A DNA stretch of 64,000 bases from Podarcis cretensis (Eukaryota), in NCBI GenBank assembly GCA_951804945.1, contig OX638157.1:51832001-51896000 (forward strand), written 5' to 3'. Shown one piece after another: positions 13,037 to 24,469 of this stretch. Within the stretch, counting starts at the first letter, position 1, and each line of letters opens with the position of its first letter. The position numbers and the translations under genes were made by a program. The notes beneath the pieces were generated by a model. It saw only the letters and a list, made by a program, of their open reading frames with translations. It did not search any database and was not told the origin of the DNA.

Positions 13037-14949
13037 GTAAAGTGCTATCCTATCGTAGGAATGTGTGTGTCTTGCAGTTAAATTAGTGAGCTATTGCTGC
13101 AGAAAATGGTCACAAGCCATACACTGATGTACAAGGTTTTTAGTTTTAGACTGTGGAGCTACAAAATATCCATACCTGAAGAATAAGCATATGGATCTAT
13201 ACAGTTCCTAAAATAAGGTGCACTTCTTACATTTGTTGGTTTGCTGCCAATTGGTGCAATCCAGTGAAAGTTAATTATGCCGTCGAAATAGATAAGAATT
13301 AAAGATTACTTGAGTGATTGCATCCCAGTAACCTGAAAAAAGTTTAATTACAGTTGTTTTTCTCAGAATCATGCCAAATTTTATCTACTTATTATTTAGG
13401 TATTTCCTATTCCATTTTTAATTTTGAAAAGCAGCTTCCGCCAAAGATAAAAACTATTGCTTGTATGCATTTGGTGTTTTCAGCTATTCTCCTACCCTTC
13501 TGCAGCCCCCTCCAAAATCAACTCTGGATGGTTTGAAGGAACAGCATGGCAGGTGCTGCAGGGGCTTCCAAGGGGAAGGAGAATCACTAGAGACCACCCT
13601 AGTTCCTGTTCTGCTGACAGGAAGCTATGCTGAATGAAAGAGCTTTCTATCAGCAAAAGAACAGCTATTGGTTTGCAACAGTAAGGAAAAAAAGACACAG
13701 CAGCAGAGTAACAAGATAAAATCCAATTTGCAAAAGGAAATCGAAAAGGTGTGGAGAGCATAAAGGTCTTCACCTGGTACCAAAAGGGACAGTAGACTTT
13801 GTGCCAAGCAAAGCTCTACTGAGAGCTCCAAAGCCAGGTCACCATTGCAGAAAAGACTTTTACCTCTAGTCATTACCTGCCTTAGCTCCGCCAAATGTCA
13901 CTGGCAGCCTGATTGCATCCACACTGTAAGTTTTACAGATGAACTGTAAGTTTTACATGCAAGATAAACTGTACCACATTTTCTTTAAATCCGAACTCTC
14001 ACACATGTGCTGCGGTTGTGTCTGCTGTATAAGGGCATTTCCCCAGCATTGGTGCAGCAGTTACAGTTAACTTCTGCCGCCTGGCAGAGAGTGCAATTTC
14101 CTGTGCCAAAAGAAGGGATAAGGTACTCCTTTATATGTGCACTGGAAACTCAATCCCACGCTTTGCTAGCATAGCACAGTACTGAGCAGAGCATAATGTA
14201 AGTGCTTCTAAATATGTTATGTCTTAAAATTGAGGGCTTCATATGTTCAGTCTTATGGAATCAATCAAGACGTAATGAAAGCATCCAATTGTGTTGCCTT
14301 CTATTATCTTTTAAGGTGACATCACTTTCAGGGGGCCAGAGCAGGATTTCCCTTAGATAAGAAAAGCCAGGGATATCTTATGACTGTTTCATACATCTTC
14401 ATGTGAATAATGTAAACAAGCAACACTACTGAAGCTTTACCAAAAAAAAGTCATTTGGTGGCTGATTGACTCTACAAAGTTTGATGTAAATAATGAATAA
14501 ATTGCTTTGCCCATCTGACAAATAGATGTGGAAGAGGAGGTTCAGGGATCTTCAGGCTAGTAAACTTCTCGCTAAATTATCTCTAATTACAGGAGTGAAA
14601 TTGTCTCTTCCATATGTTGTTCCCTTCCTGAGTTATTGGCTTTAAGACAGTTTCACTTTTGCCGGTATTAAACGTGACTTATCCAAATCCATTGACAATC
14701 TGCTGTTTGGCTGTGAGTGCCTGATAAAAGAATGGCTCAGTCACAACAAGTAGCACATTAAGAGTCTGGAGCTACTAATTACCAAACCCCTTACAATTAA
14801 GTATCCAAATGAATTAGGCAGAGAATAATTACCAATATGTAAGGTCAAGGATAACTCAATTTAGAAGATGATGATTTACTCAAACAAAGTGCTGTTATCA
14901 TACAGTGGTTTTGGCATTGGATTAAATTTCCTTTTCCTTTCCTTTTCAG

Positions 14950-16561
14950 TCTATGGTCCTCTTGCTGCATAGTCAACGGCAGTACATCTTTGAATATGAC
15001 TTACTGGATCGGCTTTCTGCAATAACCATGCCTAGTGTTGCTCGCCATACTATGCAGACTATCCGTTCCATTGGCTATTATCGAAACATCTACAACCCCC
15101 CTGAAAGCAATGCTTCTGTCATCATGGACTACAATGAGGAAGGGCAGCTGCTACAAACTGCTTTCTTGGGTACAAGTCGAAGAGTCCTTTTCAAATACAG
15201 AAGGCAGACCAGGCTCTCTGAAATCCTCTATGATAGCACAAGAGTCAGCTTTACTTATGATGAGACAGCAGGAGTTCTGAAAACAGTAAACCTCCAGAGC
15301 GATGGGTTTATCTGCACCATTAGGTACAGGCAAATTGGCCCATTGATTGACAGGCAGATTTTCCGCTTTAGTGAAGATGGAATGGTAAATGCCCGATTTG
15401 ACTACAGCTATGACAATAGCTTCAGAGTGACTAGCATGCAAGGTGTAATCAATGAAACTCCATTGCCTATTGATCTTTACCAGTTTGATGACATCTCTGG
15501 AAAAGTTGAGCAGTTTGGAAAATTTGGGGTTATATATTATGACATTAACCAGATAATTTCCACAGCTGTAATGACTTACACAAAACACTTTGATGCCCAC
15601 GGCCGCATAAAAGAAATTCAGTATGAAATATTCAGATCCCTTATGTACTGGATTACAATTCAGTATGATAACATGGGACGGGTAACTAAAAGAGAAATTA
15701 AAATAGGGCCATTTGCTAACACAACCAAGTATGCGTATGAATATGATGTCGATGGGCAACTACAGACAGTTTACCTGAACGAAAAAATAATGTGGCGATA
15801 CAACTATGACCTGAATGGCAATCTCCATCTGCTCAATCCAAGTAATAGTGCTCGTTTAACACCACTTCGGTATGACTTGAGAGACAGAATCACTCGGCTA
15901 GGTGATGTACAGTACCGTTTAGATGAAGATGGATTCCTGCGGCAGAGGGGTACAGAGATATTTGAATACAGCTCAAAGGGCCTGCTGACCAGAGTTTATA
16001 GCAAAGGCAGTGGGTGGACAGTGATATACCGTTACGATGGGCTTGGGAGACGAGTTTCCAGTAAAACCAGTCTGGGACAACACCTCCAGTTTTTTTATGC
16101 TGACCTCACATATCCTACAAGGATAACTCATGTATACAACCATTCAAGTTCTGAAATCACCTCTCTCTACTATGACTTGCAAGGACACCTCTTTGCCATG
16201 GAGATCAGCAGTGGAGATGAGTTCTACATCGCTTCAGACAACACAGGCACGCCACTCGCTGTTTTTAGCAGCAATGGTCTGATGTTGAAGCAGATCCAGT
16301 ACACAGCTTACGGGGAGATCTATTTTGACTCCAATCTTGACTTCCAGTTGGTGATTGGATTCCATGGAGGCCTTTATGACCCTTTGACCAAACTGATTCA
16401 CTTTGGGCAAAGAGATTATGACATACTGGCAGGCCGTTGGACTACACCCGACATTGAAATCTGGAAAAAAATAGGGAAGGATCCAGCTCCTTTTAATCTA
16501 TACATGTTCCGAAATAACAACCCAGCCAGCAGAATACATGATGTTAAAGATTATATCACAG
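14950..16561 (+). CDS. TENM3: Teneurin-3 large exon encoding most of the YD-repeat shell and the Rhs-core-like segment
   Basis: Strong pyrimidine tract plus CAG acceptor ending at 14949, G|GTAAAT donor at 16562. 1612 nt; corresponds to the 538-aa ORF with repeated YD/YDxxGR motifs. Confidence 0.98.
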
Positions 16562-16671
16562 GTAAATAAAGTTATTTTTTTTTAGTGATTTACACTTGAC
16601 AGGAATTTCTGTTTGCTCATAATCTACCAGGTTAGCAAATTGCATTGTACGCAACACCTTGGAATTAATTA

Positions 16672-16895
16672 CCAGTGACAGTCAATTTGCACAGGAGTTA
16701 TGTTCCAGGGATAGCACATGAAGTCAAATCGTGTAGAGTCAAAACTCTTGGCATTCAGTAGTAGGTGGGATTGCCAGAGTGTTTTTTCACTGGATACTCA
16801 CACCTTTTCCTCCCCCTTAATTATTTTTTTAATTGCCAAGTCCGTAAAGCTGAATGTGCACAAGTTAAATGTGTGTAAATTGTGAGTTACTTGTA
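16672..16895. mobile_element. Degenerate Tc1/mariner-type (Tigger-like) MITE
   Basis: Imperfect inverted ends (cagtgacagtcaatttgcaca / tgtgtaaattgtgagttacttg-ta) and a gttatgttccagg subterminal motif. Confidence 0.4.
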
Positions 16896-19317
16896 CGCTA
16901 TCTAGCTGACAGCAGTGTGTGCTGAATATGATGTGGGATATAGGCCACTAAGGCGAAATAGTTTTTGCCATGCATATTCTAGTTCATTCAATCTCAGTGA
17001 GAACAAAAGCAAATAGAGTTGTGTAAAATATATTCCAAAATACATCTGTCAAAGTCCATCGTTATTACTGAAGCAATAGCCTTATCTCCTGGGATCATTA
17101 ACTGGCATTTGGCTAGGAATGGTCAACACTCCTCATAGTGGGCCCTGTCCTTTGTCCTTGCAGAATATTATAGCCCTCTTAAGAGATTCAGAACAAAGGA
17201 ATTGCAGGAAGGAAAACACAATTTTGATGTTTCTATATCTGACTAGACAGTTCCCACAGCAACCATTTATAAACTAGTAATGTATTGAATATTATAGGTG
17301 ATATTATGCCAGATGGCAACTTTAGTGCCTGGTAGGGATTCTTACTTGCATAATAACACCTCAGATGATCATCTTTGTGAAGGGAATCTTTCCAAGCCAT
17401 CGTCTACCAGTATGAAAAATAATGTGCTATCACTCCCACTTGCTGTTTGTGGCAGTGTATTCATTTGCATATTAAATGAAAAATAGTGTTTCTTATTTCC
17501 CACTGTTTTGTCATCTCTCCTGGTAATTTAGGAGTTCTCAGACAAAATAGATTAATGCAGGACCTAGGCCTGCTTACCATGTGCTTTTTTACTGCCAACT
17601 TTCACTTTGCAACTTTCACAAAGCTAAAACTACTTGTTGTACCCATTATATGTTGATAACTACTGTATAAAATGTTGTCCACAAATATCTTTTCCCCCTT
17701 CCCCACTTTGATGAGAAGATCCAGTGGTCATTCAGCTCAAATACTTATCCTAGCACTCCCAGCACTCTAAGAACAGTGTTTCAAAAGTACTTGTGGGTAT
17801 TGTTTGCGTAATTTAACTTCTTAGTAGTACATCTACAACTAAGATGTGGTGCAAGAGGAATGGGTGGCAGAATGCCTCTTTCCTCATTATTGTACTATCC
17901 TTCTGCTCTGCAGCTACGGTGTAGACAGATTCTAATTACACTGCAAGAGTACTAGTTTGGCACTTCTCATAAAAACAGATCCTTCAACTCCTGACTTTAT
18001 GTGCTGAATAAAAGTAGGACTAGATTCATTCCCTGCCTTCTAAAACAGTTATTTTCTGGGTTTTATCTCCAGCAGTCAAAATAATTGTAAAGTCTTGTTC
18101 CTAGTAGCTTGTTTTGCCGTAATAGGGGCAGGACAGGTATGGGAACGTTTTCACAAATTTGCATGGTTCCCAGTCATGTGTAGTTCTGAAGCAAGTCAGA
18201 ATCTTACGGGACAGAATCTTCTGTGCTTTAATAGCTGGGGAGATGGAACACTACCTTCTCCATCTTGCACCCATCAGGAACCAACCATGTAACATATTTA
18301 AATAATAATGGTGTGAGATTTTGACTACTTTGAATATTTACAAAGTTGTTGGCCTCATCTCATAGCAAAGGGATTTTGCCTAGAAAGGGTGCATTGCTTA
18401 TGAAGATTAAGTTGAGAGGAGGAAATAAGTTATTCTGGCTCTAGACCCTAGATCATTTATCATGTCAGCTAACAATAATACCTGCAGATACTGTAAAAGT
18501 CCATGAAATCTAAAGGCAACAAACCAGAACTACAGGTATTCACACACAGCAGTCGAGCTGCATGCACGTGGCTGTGAGTTTTGACAGTGCAGATTACCTG
18601 CTAGATGAATGAGTAAGGAAGGAAATTGGTACTTTGCCCATTGACACTTCCACTGTAAAAGCCAACGGTGTTGCTTTTCTTTTGAGTCTGCACACCCATC
18701 CTCACTTCCGTTTGTCCCTTGCTTTCAAGCATTTCCAAGTCCTGGGTCTGAGAGAGGTTGTTGGGTTTTTTGTAGCACTGCTTTCCTCGGGAAAATCCAG
18801 TGTTTAGTGCTGAATGGGAGCAAACATCAATCAGGTTTTCTGCAGATTGATGTGTGCTCTGATGAAGCAGTAAGGAGTGGGTATTCCCAGGGAAAGTGGG
18901 GGAGGAACCCTCTCAAACCCATGGCTTGAAATCACTTGAGATCGTGGGACAAATGAAAGTGTGGTCAGGCCCACAGTCCCAGTCCAGCAACACAAGCCAT
19001 GGAAACAAATCCAGCTGCTGCTTGCAGAGCGTGTGCAGCAGGAGCCACACAGGCAGCTTCCAGTTTGAAAGCGGAGCTGCAGATGACTCTCATGGGCTCA
19101 GGATAAGAATGGATTCTGCATCTATATTGCCATTTTCCAGAGAAGAAGAAGAATGTTTAGATGAGCTAATATATAACCATACTGTGGTTTCCCCCCAAAA
19201 TATATTTAATTGTGGCTCAAAGCTGAATCCAGGCCAACCAATGTAAACTTCTGTAAAGTTAAATGAAATAATCAGGGATTGAAAATATGACCTCTCTCTC
19301 CACAATTATTTTGTTAG

Positions 19318-19448
19318 ATGTCAACAGCTGGCTGGTAACGTTTGGCTTCCACCTGCATAATGCTATCCCAGGATTCCCTGTGCCCAAGTTTGATTTAACA
19401 GAGCCCTCCTATGAGCTTGTGAAGAGTCAGCAGTGGGATGACGTACCG
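19318..19448 (+). CDS. TENM3: Teneurin-3 penultimate exon ([44 protein letters not shown])
   Basis: TTGTTAG acceptor, CCG|GTAAGA donor, 131 nt, phase 1 to 0. Confidence 0.97.
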
Positions 19449-20516
19449 GTAAGAAAAAAAAGAAAGTGAATATTAAACTGTGTCAAAATGGAATAAAGGA
19501 CGCCATGCTGTTTGAGCACTATAATCCTCAAAGGCTTATGTGGCATTAAAAAATATTTAAATGCACTTTGTAAAGACTATTTTTTATTCACAAGATATCC
19601 ATAGACTAGATGCTAATTCTGCTCTTGCTTGGTGCATTTGCTAAAGATTAGGTCTGAATTTCGACATATCCTAATTGGCTTTTCATAATGCAAACTAAAA
19701 TAGGAAGAAGGATAGACCTAATCAATAAATAATAGTATTTTGAAACCTTTTTTTAGAATTGTAACTTTCCCAGTGGAAGCTCTGGAGATTGGATTTATAC
19801 CGGCACCCTGCCTCAAGGCAGAAAGTGAACACTGTAATAAAAAATAGACTGTGAAATAAACAGAAGAACAGGTGATATAAATTATGCATACCAAGCACCA
19901 GTACAATTTTACTTCTCTTTAATATTAACCATGTTTTATATGTGAAGATAAAATATTGAATGTGAAATTACCTCAGGTAAAACCCATTACATTTCATAGA
20001 GCCAAAAAAACTCTAGGTGCTTATGAAATTTTTTGATAAAAAATCTCCTGCGATCCAGAAATATGTAGCCAGTTTAAATGATGGACAAAAATAAATGGAA
20101 TGTAAAACAGAAAAGCCCTATCTGGTATTTAGGAAAATAGCGATTATAAATCTTAACTATTCAAAGATCAAAAGGCCATGCGCCATCAAGTTTTCAGTTA
20201 CTGGCGAGGAATGAAAAACTTTAAAACAGGTGCTCACTCATGACAATTGTTCTAAAGGATCTTTGTAACTTCTCTGGTTTTTTAATTAAAGAATCAGGAT
20301 GGTTTCACGTGCTAATATAGGTCAAGAAGCCACCACCTGCATCAGTTTCCCAAGCTGTATTCTCACAGCAGAAACCATATTCACACAACCCATAAAATTG
20401 TATCAGCATATACTTCCTTTTCCTGTGCACAGGCCCTGAACACAAGAGGAGCAAGTGCATTGAAGAAAATAGCTCTAGCTTCTTCCCTCCTCCATTTTCT
20501 TGCATTGCAGGTCACG

Positions 20517-20697
20517 GGAACATAAGACCATTTATACCAAATCAGACCATTGACCTAGCTAGCTTAGTACTGGCAACACAGACTGGCAGTGACATTCAAA
20601 TGGGGCCTCTCCCACTCCTGCCTGGTGATGCTGTGGATTGAAACTACAACCATTTGCATGCAGAGCATGTGCTCAACCACTGAGCCATGGCTCTTCC
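20517..20697 (-). mobile_element. tRNA-head squamate SINE (Squam2-like)
   Basis: Reverse complement of the same family: ggaacataag...cagaccattga-ctagctagcttagtac...gcatgcagagcatgtgctcaaccactgagccatgg (tRNA-like head). Confidence 0.7.
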
Positions 20698-21699
20698 TCT
20701 TCTGCTCTGTCCTTTCCTGGCTCAATAGCCATCCACCACTTCCACCTGCCTAGTCTAGGCGTCAGGCACTTCAGGCCCAGGTGCCAAATCCAGGCCTCCT
20801 CGGGTCATGCCCCCTCCTCACCCCACACCCATCACTGATCCTGCACTAAGTCCTCCTCCTATAGTTTTGTCTGACTGGAATATGTCTTTGAACCATAATA
20901 ACGCCTCTCACTTGCCTGGAGAGATGCATGTGCAGAAACCTCTGGCTTATATGCGGCTGGACTGTATTCTGCTGTACAAAAGAGTCACTCTTATTGCCCC
21001 ACCCACCACTGCTGTGCAGCCACCAGAAAATTGCCTAAGAGGCATGGCAGAGGGAAATGTTCCCTGGCACAGCCTGCTCATCCCTCAATTCACTCAACTT
21101 TTGGTACCACTCTGTGCGACCAACATTCAGGGCATTGGGTCTTTGAAAGCTTTGAAATTATTCTCTTTACGTTACGACTAGGTGAATGAGCAAATTAATG
21201 CCTTTTAAGTACTTTTAAATATGTACACGCCTCCACACAGGGCAAAGTGAAATGGACCTTGGTTATTGAATGCCAGTGGAGACATATTATTAAGTGATCT
21301 ACTCCTCACTTAATAAGTGCCACTTCAACCAATTATGTATGTAACTTCGCTTTATGAGAAGCATTAAATGTTCAAGGTAAATGACAAGAAGCCTACAATA
21401 GGTTTATCACCACCTAGCTTATGTTTCCATGTTGGATAATAGGAGAATATAACACTACAATTATTACGCAAGTGATGTAATGTGCGAGGAAATTCATGAC
21501 CATGATCTTAGGTCTTTCAACCTTTCTGCAATAGGAATGATTCAGAGGGAAATTGCTAGAAATGTTTAGATCAATAACAAGTGCAGTAATCCTTTCAAAC
21601 AATGTTTTCTGTCTGTAAGGTAAGAGCTGCACTGTGAGCTTAGCTAGATGTAAATAAGGTTTTTTCATTTTAACCCTTGCCTAACATTTATTTGCCTCT

Positions 21700-21845
21700 G
21701 TAGCCTTTTGCAAGCTAGTTAGCCTCACTGCCTCCATTTCCCCATCTGGAAAATGTTTATGCTACAGCTTTGTACAACTGGTTTCATGATGGATTAATTA
21801 ACATACGATATACTTGTGCAGATGCCAAGTATTAAGCATAATAAT
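21700..21845 (+). mobile_element. Old MIR/Ther-1-like SINE fragment
   Basis: gcaagctagttagcctcactgcctccatttccccatctggaaaatg resembles the MIR core (gcaagtcacttaacctctctgtgcctcagtttcctcatctgtaaaatg). Confidence 0.5.
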
Positions 21846-22129
21846 CCTTTATGTACCACCTTTTAAATTTCTTTGGAGTGATTCAGTGCTAGAGACTCTT
21901 TTTTTGGATTCTAAAAGAGACAGACAAAATGAGAAAAACATCAAACAGTATCAAACAAAATAGCACTTGTAACAGTGGAATTCAGTATGTGGATTCAATT
22001 AACTCTTTGGCAGTGTCGGTTGTGGCATATCCTATTGTCAGCTCCAGGCATTGTGCCAATAAATGCATGACTGTTGGAATCTAGGGGCTACAGATGGTTT
22101 GTAAAACTTCTGTCTGTTCTTGTTTTCAG

Positions 22130-22885
22130 CCAATTTCTGGAGTGCAACAACAAGTGGCAAGGCAAGCAAAGGCTTTCCTGTCCCTAGGAAAGATGGCAGA
22201 AGTCCAGATCAGCAAGCGCAGACCCGGTGGCGAGAAATCGTGGTTGTGGTTCGCAACTGTGAAGTCTTTGATTGGGAAAGGGGTTATGCTGGCTGTCAAT
22301 CAAGGCAAAGTGCAGACTAATGTGCTTAACATTGCAAACGAGGATTGTATCAAAGTGGCAGCTGTTCTGAACAATGCATACTACCTGGAAAACCTGCATT
22401 TCACCATTGAAGGAAAGGACACACACTATTTCATCAAGACCACCTCGCCAGAGAGTGACCTGGGCACGCTGAGACTGACTAGTGGACGGAAGGCCCTAGA
22501 AAATGGTATCAACGTCACCGTTTCCCAGTCTACCACTGTAGTGAACGGCAGGACTCGTAGGTTTGCCGATGTTGAAATGCAGTATGGTGCACTGGCTCTT
22601 CATGTCCGCTACGGCATGACACTTGATGAGGAGAAGGCACGGATATTAGAGCAGGCTAGGCAAAGGGCTCTTTCCAATGCCTGGGCCAGAGAACAACAAA
22701 GAGTGAGAGATGGAGAGGAAGGTGCCAGGTTATGGACAGAAGGGGAAAAGAGGCAACTGTTGAGTGCTGGAAAAGTCCAAGGATATGATGGGTACTATGT
22801 ACTCTCCGTGGAGCAATACCCCGAATTAGCAGACAGCGCTAACAATATACAGTTCCTTAGGCAAAGTGAGATTGGAAAGAGGTAA
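22130..22885 (+). CDS. TENM3: Teneurin-3 terminal coding exon (ABD, Tox-GHH-like domain, TCAP-3) ending at stop TAA
   Basis: TTTTCAG acceptor ending at 22129. 252 codons ending ...[23 protein letters not shown], the teneurin-3 C-terminus. Confidence 0.98.
   Translation, partial: PISGVQQQVARQAKAFLSLGKMAEVQISKRRPGGEKSWLWFATVKSLIGKGVMLAVNQGKVQTNVLNIANEDCIKVAAVLNNAYYLENLHFTIEGKDTHYFIKTTSPESDLGTLRLTSGRKALENGINVTVSQSTTVVNGRTRRFADVEMQYGALALHVRYGMTLDEEKARILEQARQRALSNAWAREQQRVRDGEEGARLWTEGEKRQLLSAGKVQGYDGYYVLSVEQYPELADSANNIQFLRQSEIGKR
22754..22873 (+). other. TENM3: TCAP-3 (teneurin C-terminal associated peptide 3) coding segment, 40 aa
   Basis: [40 protein letters not shown], preceded by dibasic KR (22748-22753) and followed by GKR-stop (amidation-type motif). 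Confidence 0.9.
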
Positions 22886-23590
22886 CACACTGGTTGAGCC
22901 TGGGCTGCCAAAGAGACTGACCCTGTACCAGTGTCTTCTGAGAGGGAGACCAAATTGTTTTGCTGCATTACTACTTGAGCCTAAATGTACACCTTTGCTC
23001 AGATTTTTCTGTAGCACAATCCCAATAAGACTCTGCAACAAAGAGAGAGCCTTCCAGAAGAGTGATGTTGCTAAAAAGAAAAACTGGGAGTTGTTTTCCC
23101 CTACTCTGAATGACCTTAAAGGTGATCTGCTTTAAAGAATATGTTTACATATGCATATCGCTGCACTCAAGTTGGACTGAAAGTATTACAAGGAAGACCT
23201 AAAGGGTTTGCAACAAGCTGCCTATTCTTTTGAGGCACTGTCTTTTAACTAAGAAACAGATCCATACAGTGTTTCCAAATATTACTAAATTGTTGACCTT
23301 TGCTTACAAGAAACTAGTCTCTCTCTCTCCTCCTCTCTCTCTTGCTCTCTTCCTCTCTCTGCATAGGATGTGGTATATATCTTTGTTCATTTTAAAATGT
23401 GGGGCAAAAACTCTTGTTTATGGACACCCCCAATGGCTTTAAACTGTGCTTCTTTCTAAAAGGACATTGGCACAAGCAATTTATGCTACAATGGGAATTT
23501 AATAATGGATTTTACAATGATAACGTGGTTTGCCTTGGGTGGGGTGGGGGAATGGCAAGTAGAATCCTTGTCACAGAGCAGCAAAGGAAA

Positions 23591-23722
23591 NNNNNNNNNN
23601 NNNNNNNNNNNNNNNNNNNNNNNNNNNNNNNNNNNNNNNNNNNNNNNNNNNNNNNNNNNNNNNNNNNNNNNNNNNNNNNNNNNNNNNNNNNNNNNNNNNN
23701 NNNNNNNNNNNNNNNNNNNNNN
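23591..23722. other. Assembly gap (132 N) within the TENM3 3' UTR
   Basis: Run of N flanked by A-rich sequence. Confidence 1.
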
Positions 23723-24146
23723 AAAATAAAATGATAAAAATGTGCAGTGTGTGAATTTTTTTAAAGGAATTGCACCTTTTGTTATGTTATAGCTGTACAG
23801 TATAAAGAGTTATATTGTAGAGATATAACAGTGTATACAAATGGACAGAAGTGTTAATATTTTTGTATTAGCTTTAAAAACAGTGCATTTTTCTCTTTCA
23901 ATTGCTTGTGGGAAAGGTTGGTGTGGGGCAGCCACTCCGCCCCGCTTCCTGTGCCCTGCTTGGCCCTCGCCACTCGCTGCTAAGAGGGAGAGCAACTCAA
24001 TAAGATTTATGTATGACAGTAGAAAACTTTTGTAGGCTGGGCTTGCCTTGTCCTCTTCCAGCCCTAAAGGTGTATTTATTCATTTTGCGGCTCTGTTGTG
24101 TATTTTTTAAATGTGGGATGTAAAGCTGTGTTATGTGGTGAAAGGA

Positions 24147-24234
24147 GCAATCCTATCCATGTTGACACAGAGAGTTTAGTCTCATTGTGTTCAATGGGGC
24201 TCATTTTCTAGTGAGCGAGTTTAGGATTGCAGCC
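24147..24234. mobile_element. Short hairpin MITE (gcaatcct...aggattgcagcc family) inside the probable 3' UTR
   Basis: Inverted ends gcaatccta / taggattgc. Related fragments at ~31829, ~34360 and ~62509. Confidence 0.55.
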
Positions 24235-24428
24235 TCAGGTGCTCTGCAAATGTACATGAATGGAAAGTTGGTGCAGTGCTCACTGCCACAACGACAGGCT
24301 TTCTGCCTATGTCTTCTGAAAGAAAGGTTTTCAGTGTTTCACTGGAAAAACACAGAACAACACGGGTAGGTGGAAAAGCACGTTAAACTAATACCCTAGC
24401 CTTTAAACCTCTTGTCCACCAAAAAGAG

Positions 24429-24429
<1 letters not shown>

Positions 24430-24467
<38 letters not shown>
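24430..24467. repeat. (CA)19 microsatellite
   Basis: Perfect dinucleotide run. Confidence 0.98.

Positions 24468-24469
<2 letters not shown>

Noticed and set aside
15151-15759. 202-aa antisense ORF (and the 81-aa alternative-frame ORF at 15035-15280)
   Set aside because: Shadow ORFs overlapping the large TENM3 exon; no recognisable motifs or independent gene structure.
14950-22885. A bacterial Rhs/polymorphic toxin locus or contamination
   Set aside because: The YD repeats are split by spliceosomal introns, embedded among squamate repeats, and match vertebrate teneurin-3.
23399-23734. ORFs containing long X runs
   Set aside because: Artefacts of translating through the N gap.
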